The notes under the pieces: generated by a model
Databases searched by the model: none
What the model saw: the letters and a program-made list of their open reading frames with translations, nothing else
Told to the model about the DNA's origin: nothing
Translations under genes and position numbers: made by a program
Shown here: positions 43,001-51,172 of the stretch, one piece after another
How positions within the stretch are numbered: the first letter of the stretch is position 1
Layout: each line of letters begins with the position of its first letter
Source of the DNA: a virus
DNA: 64,000 nucleotides
Virus record (IMG/VR): IMGVR_UViG_3300045988_175656
Reading direction: 5' to 3' (one strand)

Positions 43001-44054
43001 CAACTGGTATTTTTTCTATATCACCACTAATTGTTATATTATGATATGATTTAATAACACCATTATTATGACATTTTTTATTTTTTATTTTATCATAAGC
43101 TGAAAAACCTAAACTACGGCACAGAAATAAAATATCTTTGGCTAACATGTCAAATTTAGTTGAAATAAAATAATTTTTCTTTTTATAATAGCCATCAGAA
43201 TCAATTAAGCCAGCTAAAAGTTTTAATCTAACTTCTTCCGTGTTTATTAAATAATTTTTTAAAATGAATTTTTCATTGTTAATTGAACTACTCCTAACAA
43301 ATCGTCTAAACGAATTATATTTATGTTTATTATTAGTTAAAATATTTATTTTTGGGCATTTGTTTCTATATTTTTTAATATCAATATAATTTTCATTTGG
43401 TATTGTTTTTTCAATTTCATTTATAACATTTTCATTAATGTTAGTTATTAATGATTGATTAGTAGTGCCATCTCCAAGCCACATACCATATAACCAAGGG
43501 TCAATATCAATTGCATTCTCCCTAAATTTAACTCCTGTTTTTAGCAGTTTATACATTCTAAAATCACCATCAGTATGATGTGTATTCCCAATAATATTAT
43601 TGTTTTCTAACTCATTAATAGGTATATCAACAGTAATAAATTTACCTTTATTATGTTTATTACCAGAAATATATTTTGATAAAGTTAAAATATGAGCATC
43701 ATTACACACCCAAGCATCTCCTTTTTTTGGTTGTATTTTTCTTAATTGTCCATAACCTTTAGTTACAGACAATACAGTTCTTGGAGTTGAGTCATCACCC
43801 ATCAATTTATCGCCAACAATAATATCTTGTACTTTTTTTATAGAGCCATCATACATTAATATCTCAGTATCTACACCAAGACATTTTCCTGAACCAGCAA
43901 GAGCATTAATAACCGAATTTCCATTTCCATGTTGAATAAAGTCAAAAATATCTTGTTGATATTTACTTGGAATAAATCCAGACATTATTTGTGCAGGTTC
44001 TACTATTTTCGTTTTTCTTCCTCTTTTCTTCTTTGGTAATTCTTCTTCTTTCAT
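40071..44054 (-). CDS. UvrD/PcrA-type SF1 helicase interrupted by two inteins
   Basis: Walker A GSGK|...|TST is split by intein 1 and motif II FIDE|...|CQD by intein 2. Also GDKKQSIYSFAGA, TIHKAKGLE and YVAYTRAK. The spliced product would be 620 aa. Confidence 0.9.
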   Translation of the reverse strand: MKEEELPKKKRGRKTKIVEPAQIMSGFIPSKYQQDIFDFIQHGNGNSVINALAGSGKCLGVDTEILMYDGSIKKVQDIIVGDKLMGDDSTPRTVLSVTKGYGQLRKIQPKKGDAWVCNDAHILTLSKYISGNKHNKGKFITVDIPINELENNNIIGNTHHTDGDFRMYKLLKTGVKFRENAIDIDPWLYGMWLGDGTTNQSLITNINENVINEIEKTIPNENYIDIKKYRNKCPKINILTNNKHKYNSFRRFVRSSSINNEKFILKNYLINTEEVRLKLLAGLIDSDGYYKKKNYFISTKFDMLAKDILFLCRSLGFSAYDKIKNKKCHNNGVIKSYHNITISGDIEKIPVVTDYKKADKRLINKNVCHVGFRIDKIGEGDYYGFTLDGNGRFLLSDFTITHNTSTIVNAVKLIPPTCNALFIAFNKEIVKELEKKLEGVKNVQVKTLHSLGFLMIRRNLGTNIEIDEYKYRTFIKKNIKQLSSADFDKMTTKLMQQYTDNVIQLCDLGRYNLAQCEKDLLQVSARHDIPIIDDECNAVLNVMKWGRENTTSIDFTDMVWLPYELTLNPIGLQYDYIFIDECFPYEQRISTTYGKLKIGDLYNRFINNKPLPLVKSFNEKTQKFEDKKILNVFNKGERDLIEIIVGGKRKIKCTPNERFLTLNGYQYISELTVGDYILSSTKHQPYHGFLNPYQLDLFKASVIGDGSLNKLSNGVFRCKFIHGEEQKEYIEWKCNMFNQDISEIRHIEKNGFSEKNAYAFSTLGYCIPNNDLDKKEIINNLTIKQLAINYQDNGSYDKNGTMRLYSCVHNEELIDLLIKRIKFFGIECVSKHLSKSSTSNKEYFYISIGVKDSYKLSEMFAPYINKCLQYKIHDDFKHLVNTYKWDNTSSELGGMPITSMKMLSKKEIVYDIEVEDNHNFIITSGSWNTKCETNNEGFIVHNCQDLNAAQRELFLRCFRRGTRFIAVGDKKQSIYSFAGADAESFAKLQNLPNTTTLPLPISYRCPKKVVNLANQFVDTMECREGAPDGEIVHNVSIKDIHDGDMVLCRTKMPLIKLYMRYLRMGVKSYVRGQDIGLNLLRMVDKTEQIVLNVSLQKDGVFARLYDDLFEERNRLMIKRGMDLEDATLSNQIMNKYDSIKALEILAEGLTSARDLHDRIENVFAESADGVCLSTIHKAKGLEANNVYILCKTLMPSRLATQDWEKEQEQNLMYVAYTRAKYKLGFVSETEISPSAGMIDPSAALTELNYIENKICKLLNKTPQVIMDATEVAQYNLKSATIIEEKETNHAEISSNNNEDSDSETMKKLLELVKKKGGIEKFEKFLEQ
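41229..42311 (-). mobile_element. intein 2 (361 aa) with LAGLIDADG-type endonuclease, in helicase motif II
   Basis: Starts at Cys582 (CFPYEQ...) after FIDE and ends ...GFIVHN followed by +1 Cys (CQDLN). Internal FKASVIGDGSL and LAINYQDNGSY. Confidence 0.85.
42846..43883 (-). mobile_element. intein 1 (346 aa) with LAGLIDADG homing endonuclease, in helicase P-loop
   Basis: Starts at Cys58 (CLGVDTEIL) after GSGK and ends ...FTITHN followed by +1 Thr. Internal LYGMWLGDGT and LLAGLIDSDGY. Confidence 0.9.
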
Positions 44055-44088
44055 TTTATCAAAATTTAAATTACAAATATATTTTATG

Positions 44089-44096
44089 CAAATATA
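44089..44096 (-). promoter_or_regulatory. -7 box TAtaTTTG (class II, CGTATATTTGCA)
   Basis: Minus strand reads tcgTATATTTGCAtaaaat upstream of the helicase ATG. Confidence 0.55.
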
Positions 44097-44188
44097 CGAT
44101 TTTTTTGTATAATATACAATTAAAAAAGGTTAAGAATTTCACAACCCCTAACCTTTAAGAACCATAGAATTCACAAGAATAATTATTT

Positions 44189-44677
44189 TTAGTTTTTACT
44201 AAAAAGTTTCATAAACGAATCAATTGCTTCAGGGTTAGTGTCAAACATATTGACAAAGATTTCCAAAGCTTCTTTCAATCTTGGATTATCTGAAATAATA
44301 ATTCCGCACCCAAAAGATTCATTATCATTTTCCTCTTTTTCTTGTTTTTCATTTTCAATTTGTCTAGCTTCAGTAAGTAGATTTTCTTCTGATGTACCAG
44401 AACCTAAATGAAGCGGAGAAACACTAGCAGGAATTACTTGTACTGCTAAATCAAGTGCAATAATAATTGCTGACAGTTCATCCATTGTAATCATATCTGA
44501 TTTTCCTGACATAATATCTTCAAGAATATCTTCTTCAATAGGCATAATCTTGCATAATGTTTGGAAACTAATATCATTTTTAGTCATGAAATCTTCCAAA
44601 ATCATAGCAATACTTTCTTTTGCTTTATTAGCCCATTCATGGGCAATAACAGCTAATTCAAAACTATTTTTTACCAT
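44189..44677 (-). CDS. hypothetical acidic protein
   Basis: ORF track. Confidence 0.65.
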   Translation of the reverse strand: MVKNSFELAVIAHEWANKAKESIAMILEDFMTKNDISFQTLCKIMPIEEDILEDIMSGKSDMITMDELSAIIIALDLAVQVIPASVSPLHLGSGTSEENLLTEARQIENEKQEKEENDNESFGCGIIISDNPRLKEALEIFVNMFDTNPEAIDSFMKLFSKN

Positions 44678-44714
44678 TTTATATTTTATTAATTAGTTAA
44701 TACTATTTCTAATG

Positions 44715-44722
44715 CAAATATA
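44715..44722 (-). promoter_or_regulatory. -7 box TAtaTTTG (class II)
   Basis: Minus strand reads ttcgTATATTTGCAttag. Confidence 0.55.
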
Positions 44723-44770
44723 CGAATAATCTAATATATTCGCAAAATATAATCCTTAAAATAACTTAAA

Positions 44771-45442
44771 TTATTCTAATTCTTTCCAGTTATTAGGATA
44801 TTTTTCTTTTAATTTATTTATCCACCAATTAGTTTTCACTTTAACCATTGGCAATCGTTGACCTTTAAGCATAGTAGTTCTTTTACAAACCACACCTTCT
44901 TTTACTGTTGGATATAAACAATCAGGTTTAGTCCAATCATTTTCATTAATAGATTGAATAAATTCTTGGGTGAGAGAACCTTTATAAATTATTTCGGGCA
45001 ATTTAATTCCTGTATTATCAAATAATTCATAAAATGTTTTTGGTTCAAGATAGCCTTTCTTTTTTAAAAATACATCAATTAAGGTTAATGTCATTTCATC
45101 ACCTTCTTGATGGAAGCCACAAAATGAATTTTCTCCACTGTATTCAAAATAGAAATGGATTTCATCAATACTATTAAAGACACCTTTCTTTTTAGAATTT
45201 TCTTTAATAATATTTTTGATTATTTCTTCATATTTTTCTTTAAATATTTTAACGCAATTACCAAACTGTTCATGTGTTTCATCAACAATCATCTTTTTTG
45301 AACCAAATGCAATAAATTCTTTAGTTCTAGCATTATATCTTGCAACAAAATTTTGTCCATCAATTTTATTTTCAGCGATAATCATATCATTATCTAATGT
45401 ATGGTCATACTTCTGATTTTCGAAGCTCGGATAATGTCTCAT
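44771..45442 (-). CDS. ATP-dependent RNA-ligase-family nucleotidyltransferase
   Basis: Motif I ENKIDGQN, motif III FYFEYSGE, motif IV EGVVCK, motif V MVKVKT. Confidence 0.7.
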   Translation of the reverse strand: MRHYPSFENQKYDHTLDNDMIIAENKIDGQNFVARYNARTKEFIAFGSKKMIVDETHEQFGNCVKIFKEKYEEIIKNIIKENSKKKGVFNSIDEIHFYFEYSGENSFCGFHQEGDEMTLTLIDVFLKKKGYLEPKTFYELFDNTGIKLPEIIYKGSLTQEFIQSINENDWTKPDCLYPTVKEGVVCKRTTMLKGQRLPMVKVKTNWWINKLKEKYPNNWKELE

Positions 45443-45707
45443 TATTTTTTTGTTTTATTAAGTTTAAATAATATTCTTTAGCATCGTAATATGTTTTATC
45501 ATATATTTCTTCAAGACCTTTATCACATTTTTTATTAGAGAAATCCATTACATTAAATATTATATAAGCACTTCTCAAAAATTTATCTAACACTTCAATG
45601 TCATCAATAAAAACATGATGTAAACATAAAAGATTTCTAAATGCAAGTAATTCTTGTTTACTATATTTTAATTCTTCCATATTATTCAAAAGTATTATAA
45701 TATTCAC
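45405..45707 (-). CDS. hypothetical protein
   Basis: ORF track; overlaps both neighbours by 26-38 nt. Confidence 0.45.
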   Translation of the reverse strand: MNIIILLNNMEELKYSKQELLAFRNLLCLHHVFIDDIEVLDKFLRSAYIIFNVMDFSNKKCDKGLEEIYDKTYYDAKEYYLNLIKQKNNETLSELRKSEV

Positions 45708-46224
45708 TCATGTCTAAAATATTATATCCTTTAGGAAATAATGACATAGCTTCTTCTTCTTTTATATTTTTAAGAAGTTCTCTTACAATTGTTGAGGATG
45801 CTATAATTGATGGGTCATTCATCAAAAATAATGTTTCAATTTTGCCAAATTTTTTGTTGAAATCTGCAATAGATTTTTCATACTCAAAATCTATTGTATT
45901 TCTAATCCCTCTTAAAATAAAATCAGCTTTTATTTTATTTGCATAGTCATATGTCAAATTATCATAAGTACATATATTAAATTTACACATATTACATATT
46001 TCAGGATGAAATTGTGGAAATAATCGTGCCCATTTTTTCAATGCTTCATATCTTTCTTCTACTGGGAAGTAGCCTTTTTTATTTGGATTTATTGCCACAG
46101 CTATATCAAATTCAATCTTTTCATTGGTAGAAATTGCATTCTTAAAAATATTAATTGTCCTTAAAATTAAATTTTCATGACCAATTGTAAAAGGGTCAAA
46201 TGACCCAGGAAAAAATATCTTCAT
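45682..46224 (-). CDS. coaD: phosphopantetheine adenylyltransferase-like cytidylyltransferase
   Basis: FFPGSFDPFTIGH (TxGH motif), AINPNKKGYFPVEER, ILRGIRNTIDFEYE, ASSTIVRE. These match the CoaD signature blocks as I recall them. Confidence 0.75.
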   Translation of the reverse strand: MKIFFPGSFDPFTIGHENLILRTINIFKNAISTNEKIEFDIAVAINPNKKGYFPVEERYEALKKWARLFPQFHPEICNMCKFNICTYDNLTYDYANKIKADFILRGIRNTIDFEYEKSIADFNKKFGKIETLFLMNDPSIIASSTIVRELLKNIKEEEAMSLFPKGYNILDMSEYYNTFE

Positions 46225-46226
46225 AA

Positions 46227-46574
46227 TTATTCAAAATTTATTGGTCTCCAAGCAACCACTTTATATTCTTCATCATCATTAAGTCCATATACATATAAAC
46301 CACTACGCCATAAAAACACTTCTTCATCTGTATTATAGAAATGGTCTTTGCAATATCTTCCTATTTTTGCTATATGTTTATTAGGTTTTTTAACATTTTC
46401 AAGTACCATAATAACAAATTTATTAAAGAATCCATTTTCTTCTGAAGGAGGTTCATCTTTGACTTCTGTAAAATCATTACAGAAGTCAAAAGTGGCATTC
46501 ATCGCTTCTTCGACATTAGTGTTATTCAAATTATTTTTAATATATTCTTTAATAAAATCTTTTCTATTTTTCAT
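46227..46574 (-). CDS. hypothetical protein
   Basis: ORF track. Confidence 0.6.
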   Translation of the reverse strand: MKNRKDFIKEYIKNNLNNTNVEEAMNATFDFCNDFTEVKDEPPSEENGFFNKFVIMVLENVKKPNKHIAKIGRYCKDHFYNTDEEVFLWRSGLYVYGLNDDEEYKVVAWRPINFE

Positions 46575-47208
46575 CTATTTCCCATGAATAAGGTTGTTTA
46601 ATTCTTAGCTCTCTTAATTTATCCCTCACTGAAAGATAAAACTTACGATTTATTTTAGCTGAATAGCCAATTTTGAAATAAGGTGAACATACATTATAAA
46701 ATCTTGACATAAACGTATTATAATTACCTTTGTCTTTTAATTTGGAAATAAATTCGTTAATGGCACTAACCAATGATGTTGAAATTGATAACTTATATTT
46801 GCTTTTATCTAAAACAGATAAAATCATTGCTTTAGTAATATAATATTGAGTTTCTTCAAAATCATCACCTTCTTTATCATACCAATATTCACAACATGGG
46901 CTTCTTCTACCTTTTTCATCCAAACGTTCATAATAAAAAGAATCAGACATACGTTCTCTTGTACCTAAATCTTCTATTTTAATATCTTCATCTGTTTCCC
47001 ATGCTTTATCATACACTTCTTTTGACCACCAAATAAGATTATTAGTGGTTTTAGGTTCTCCATCAAAACTTAAATCATGTAAATTACATGTACAACCACG
47101 ATTAACACAATCATCGCAATACCATCTTTGACCATCACCAGATGGCATATATGTCCATGTTGCAAGTTTTCCACACTTACAACATTTTCTATATCTTTTT
47201 TTCATCAT
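46564..47208 (-). CDS. Cys-rich (zinc-ribbon-like) hypothetical protein
   Basis: CCKCGK...WYCDDCVNRGCTCN. Confidence 0.65.
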   Translation of the reverse strand: MMKKRYRKCCKCGKLATWTYMPSGDGQRWYCDDCVNRGCTCNLHDLSFDGEPKTTNNLIWWSKEVYDKAWETDEDIKIEDLGTRERMSDSFYYERLDEKGRRSPCCEYWYDKEGDDFEETQYYITKAMILSVLDKSKYKLSISTSLVSAINEFISKLKDKGNYNTFMSRFYNVCSPYFKIGYSAKINRKFYLSVRDKLRELRIKQPYSWEIDEK

Positions 47209-47398
47209 TATTAAAACCTATTGTTGGGGCTTCATTAATTACTTGCCAAGGCATATAAATCATATTTGGCAAAGGTATATCTTCAGCCTTGTTTAACACT
47301 ATAATTTCTTCAGTCACCTCTTCTTCAATCATTGGGTAACTATCAGGGATAAAATATTTTTCTGCATTGTTCATGACATTATATTTTTGGTTATACAT
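47189..47398 (-). CDS. hypothetical protein
   Basis: ORF track; class II promoter at 47412-47419. Confidence 0.5.
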   Translation of the reverse strand: MYNQKYNVMNNAEKYFIPDSYPMIEEEVTEEIIVLNKAEDIPLPNMIYMPWQVINEAPTIGFNNDEKKI

Positions 47399-47411
47399 TA
47401 GTTTTACAATG

Positions 47412-47419
47412 CAAATATA
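47412..47419 (-). promoter_or_regulatory. -7 box TAtaTTTG (class II)
   Basis: Minus strand reads ttcgTATATTTGCAttgt. Confidence 0.55.
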
Positions 47420-47420
47420 C

Positions 47421-47453
47421 GAATAAAAAACGAGAACTCCAAAAGAATTCTCG
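47421..47453 (-). terminator. rho-independent terminator after thyA
   Basis: CGAGAA (47431-47436) / TTCTCG (47448-47453), followed on the minus strand by a T6 run. Confidence 0.65.
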
Positions 47454-47479
47454 TTAATTTATGTTATTTATAAGATATT

Positions 47480-48643
47480 TTATAAACCAGTTGATAATGG
47501 TGCTTTTAAAACGCCTTGTGATACATAATTTTCTATTTTAATATCCTCAAATTCAAATTCATTAATAGTTTTGACTTTAGGATTTAAGTATAATGTTGGT
47601 GAATCAAGTACATCTCTTGAAATTAATTCTTTGGCTTGTTCTAAATGATTTAAATATAAATGAGTGTCACCACCATTAAATATTAAATCACCAACAGACA
47701 TATTACAAACATGGGCAATCATATGTGTTAGTAATGCATATGAAGCGATATTAAATGGTAAGCCTAAAAATGAATCAACACTTCTTTGATACCATGAGCA
47801 TGATAATTCTCTTGTTGGTATATTTTCCTCTTCTAAAAGATAGTCATATTCACCATTATAAGTATGTTGATTTGTTTGACCATAAACATCAAGATGTGGG
47901 TAAGAGAAATTATCATTATCAATTTCTTCATCTTTAAATTTATTATAGTATAACTCCCAACGTTCAGTATTTGACAATTCTCTTGTATAGAATTGGAAAA
48001 GTATATGACAAGGTGGTAATGCCACTTCATTTAATACATCAGGATTATACGCAATACATAACATTCTTCTATCATCAGGATTGGTTTTTAATGTATCAAT
48101 AATGTTTTGAATTTGGTCAGTATTACTACTGCCAAATCGTCTCCATTGTTTACCATATACATCTCCTAAATCTCCATATTCATAAAATTTTATTAAAGAA
48201 TCATTCTCTATATATTTAAATTTATGCCCATTTTTACATCTTGATAAAAAAACATTCTTATTCGCTTTTTCCATATAATTATAAAAATGTTCAACACCAT
48301 TATAATCCACAACTGTTAAAATACCACTTGTACCAATAATAGAATTATGTTTATCTATTAATTCACAATACCATCTATAAGCATCATCATTCCAAATATT
48401 AACTTCATTATCAACAAGATATTTAATATTTGTATCTCCACTCAGAAACCAAAGCAATTCGTGTATAATTCCTTTAGTGAACATTTTTTTTGTTGTTAAG
48501 AGTGGAAATCCTTTTCGTAAATCAATTTTCATATGTGTTCCAAAAATTGATTTAGTTCCTGTTCCTGTACGGTCTTTTTTTACATTTCCGTTTTCAAGAA
48601 TGTTTTTCAACAAATCTTGATATTGTTTATCTACACTATTCAT
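47480..48643 (-). CDS. thyA: thymidylate synthase (ThyA family) with two large insertions
   Basis: DRTGTGT, ALPPCH, WYQRSVDSFLGLPFNIASY (Asn, so dUMP-type) and GDTHLY. It is 387 aa, versus the E. coli enzyme, which I recall as 264 aa. Confidence 0.9.
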   Translation of the reverse strand: MNSVDKQYQDLLKNILENGNVKKDRTGTGTKSIFGTHMKIDLRKGFPLLTTKKMFTKGIIHELLWFLSGDTNIKYLVDNEVNIWNDDAYRWYCELIDKHNSIIGTSGILTVVDYNGVEHFYNYMEKANKNVFLSRCKNGHKFKYIENDSLIKFYEYGDLGDVYGKQWRRFGSSNTDQIQNIIDTLKTNPDDRRMLCIAYNPDVLNEVALPPCHILFQFYTRELSNTERWELYYNKFKDEEIDNDNFSYPHLDVYGQTNQHTYNGEYDYLLEEENIPTRELSCSWYQRSVDSFLGLPFNIASYALLTHMIAHVCNMSVGDLIFNGGDTHLYLNHLEQAKELISRDVLDSPTLYLNPKVKTINEFEFEDIKIENYVSQGVLKAPLSTGL

Positions 48644-48936
48644 TATTCAGCTTTGATATAAGTTTTATTAAAAATATCACTTCGGCATGGATAAAATTCT
48701 CCTTCAACACCTTTTATAATATAATCACCAAATGATGCTTTCATATTCCCTTCTAATGTAGGAATTTCAAAACCACCTTTAGCTTTAACATCGTTAATGG
48801 TTGCCATCTGTCCAAACATAGAGGTTTCCATTCCAATATTAAAAACAAATTCAATACATTCTTTAATTGAATCATCATTATCTAATAACTGTACAGCTTC
48901 AATTGTTACTGGTCTTTTTGTATATTTTTCAATCAT
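48643..48936 (-). CDS. PGDYG-like domain protein
   Basis: GDYIIKGVEGEFYPCRSDIFNKTY. Confidence 0.55.
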   Translation of the reverse strand: MIEKYTKRPVTIEAVQLLDNDDSIKECIEFVFNIGMETSMFGQMATINDVKAKGGFEIPTLEGNMKASFGDYIIKGVEGEFYPCRSDIFNKTYIKAE

Positions 48937-49403
48937 TTTATTTTAAAATTAAGTTTAAGTAATGTTTCAAAATTGGCATCATTCATAATAAAATCATTTT
49001 CATTTTCAAGAATAATTTTATTATATTCAGTTTCTTCATTTATATCATTAATAAAACGTTCAAAACTATTATTAACAAATTCAATAAATTTATCTGAGTT
49101 ACCTCTATCTTTGTATATTTTAAGAAATTCTTTTTTCCTTTTTTTAGATGGATAATATAAAGTAAAATGGATTTTATTTTCAACTAACGCATTTCTAACA
49201 CTTTGTTGTGATGATACGAATATAATATCAGCTTTATCCATGTTTTCTTTTATATATTCAATATAATTAGAAGGAAAATCAGCTTTATCAAAACTAGAAC
49301 AATCTAAATCCAGAATTGTCAATTTTTTGTTAAGTAATGTATAAGTAGTGGATTTCCCTACACCTGGGAAACCACTAATTATAATAGCTTTTTTCTTATC
49401 CAT
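48933..49403 (-). CDS. P-loop kinase-like protein
   Basis: Walker A ISGFPGVGKST at the N-terminus; size is typical of nucleotide kinases. Confidence 0.7.
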   Translation of the reverse strand: MDKKKAIIISGFPGVGKSTTYTLLNKKLTILDLDCSSFDKADFPSNYIEYIKENMDKADIIFVSSQQSVRNALVENKIHFTLYYPSKKRKKEFLKIYKDRGNSDKFIEFVNNSFERFINDINEETEYNKIILENENDFIMNDANFETLLKLNFKIK

Positions 49404-49414
49404 CTTGTTTTTAT

Positions 49415-49879
49415 TTAAAAGTTAATTTTAGATAAAATTGATTCAATTAATATTTGGTCTTTTTTATCTTGTGAATATAATGGCTCTAATGTTTTCTTAT
49501 ATTCAGTAAGTTCTTTAACTCTTTGTGTATAAAGAATTTTTCTTATAAAATACATAAGGTCATCCTGCCAATCACTTATTGAAAACCCATTCCATGTAAA
49601 TGGAACAATCTTAAAGTCTGGAATTGAAGCAGCAACGATTTTTGTTGCATTTTCATAATCTTCAGATTTACGATTAACAAATGCAATCATTTTTACAAGC
49701 TCACTAATATCATTAATGATTCGTATGTTAATACCTTCACCTGTTGAAGTTCTATCTTGATAACTGAATCTACAATTTGTCTTAGGAGTATAAGCAGATG
49801 GTTTTAACTCTTTTTCAATTCGTGCTAATTCTTTTTCAATTTTATCTGTTGCAGTTGAAATTATTAAATCTTTTTCCAT
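49415..49879 (-). CDS. hypothetical protein
   Basis: ORF track. Confidence 0.65.
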   Translation of the reverse strand: MEKDLIISTATDKIEKELARIEKELKPSAYTPKTNCRFSYQDRTSTGEGINIRIINDISELVKMIAFVNRKSEDYENATKIVAASIPDFKIVPFTWNGFSISDWQDDLMYFIRKILYTQRVKELTEYKKTLEPLYSQDKKDQILIESILSKINF

Positions 49880-49898
49880 ATTTTATTATATTATTTTA

Positions 49899-51167
49899 TT
49901 ATTTAAAATTTTCGATTAATGAAAAATTTCTATAATCATATTGCATTGGAAATTCATCACCATTTTTCATTTTAACCCATATACTATATTGATATTTCAT
50001 TCTTTCAATTATTAAATTTGTTTTTTCTTCAGGAAAAACAAATTCTTGAAAACCATCATTATAATTACCCCATGTTGATTTTCTTTGTGAGTATTTATAT
50101 TGGTATTCAAATTCTTTATTATTATTTGTTAGCCGATTTACTTTAGTTATATAAAATTTATATTTTTTGGTCGCTTTTTCTTGAAATTCATCATATGTCA
50201 TATTTACTTTTTCAACATATGATAATTGACTCCACGTTTTATTGTTCAATAGTCTTTCTATATCAACTCGTACATCAATAATTTCGCCATTTTCGGTCTC
50301 ATATAAAATATTACATTGCCCATAAACATCCCAATAACGATTTTTTTCACCTTTTACTATGAATAATTTATCTATTTGGTCTGCTTCACCATGAAATGTA
50401 TGTAAAAATTTTTCTTTATAATCTTCCACTTCAGATAGTGATAAAATATTTTCATCTACTAAATGATATAAAGATGTTAAAGATGAATAACCATAAAAAT
50501 GTTTTTTATTAATATCAACAAAAGTTGGTACTACTTTACTAACAAGTTTATAGTTGTAATTATTACCTTTACAATCAATTGCCATACCAGCAAAACCATG
50601 CCATGTCATTTTTCCAATATATACTAAATTGTCTGAAATATCTTTACTATTTGGCACTTTGCCTTTGTATGAAGCTCCAATTTTTAAGGATTTCATAGTT
50701 ATTTTTTCAGTACTATCAATTAATTGTTTTGACATTTTATAATCAAGTGAATCAACAGGAAGCAATACTAAATCTTTGCCTGACCATGCATATACAAATT
50801 TACCTTCTAATCCTTTACCTTTACTTGATGTACATTCTTGAAGAATATATAAAAGATTTTCAATATTGATTTCAAATTCAAAATCTCGTGGGTCATAAAC
50901 ACGACAATATGTTTGTCTATGATTCCAACCAGTTGAATATCCACCAGCTTTTTTGTTGAGAACAAATCCTTCAGTTGGTACATTATCAAGTTCAAGTGGA
51001 GTGATTTTTTTATCTCTCCACCCTTCCCATGATGTTTCTTTAGCTAATTGTCCTTTTTTATTAATATATGTAACATATGATAATTTACCTGTGTAAGTAT
51101 CACCTCTTTTTTGAAACCCAACTTTAATTTTATCGGGTATATTTAATTTTTGATTTATTTCTGCCAT
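49899..51167 (-). CDS. hypothetical protein (422 aa)
   Basis: ORF track. Confidence 0.75.
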   Translation of the reverse strand: MAEINQKLNIPDKIKVGFQKRGDTYTGKLSYVTYINKKGQLAKETSWEGWRDKKITPLELDNVPTEGFVLNKKAGGYSTGWNHRQTYCRVYDPRDFEFEINIENLLYILQECTSSKGKGLEGKFVYAWSGKDLVLLPVDSLDYKMSKQLIDSTEKITMKSLKIGASYKGKVPNSKDISDNLVYIGKMTWHGFAGMAIDCKGNNYNYKLVSKVVPTFVDINKKHFYGYSSLTSLYHLVDENILSLSEVEDYKEKFLHTFHGEADQIDKLFIVKGEKNRYWDVYGQCNILYETENGEIIDVRVDIERLLNNKTWSQLSYVEKVNMTYDEFQEKATKKYKFYITKVNRLTNNNKEFEYQYKYSQRKSTWGNYNDGFQEFVFPEEKTNLIIERMKYQYSIWVKMKNGDEFPMQYDYRNFSLIENFK

Positions 51168-51172
51168 AAAAT

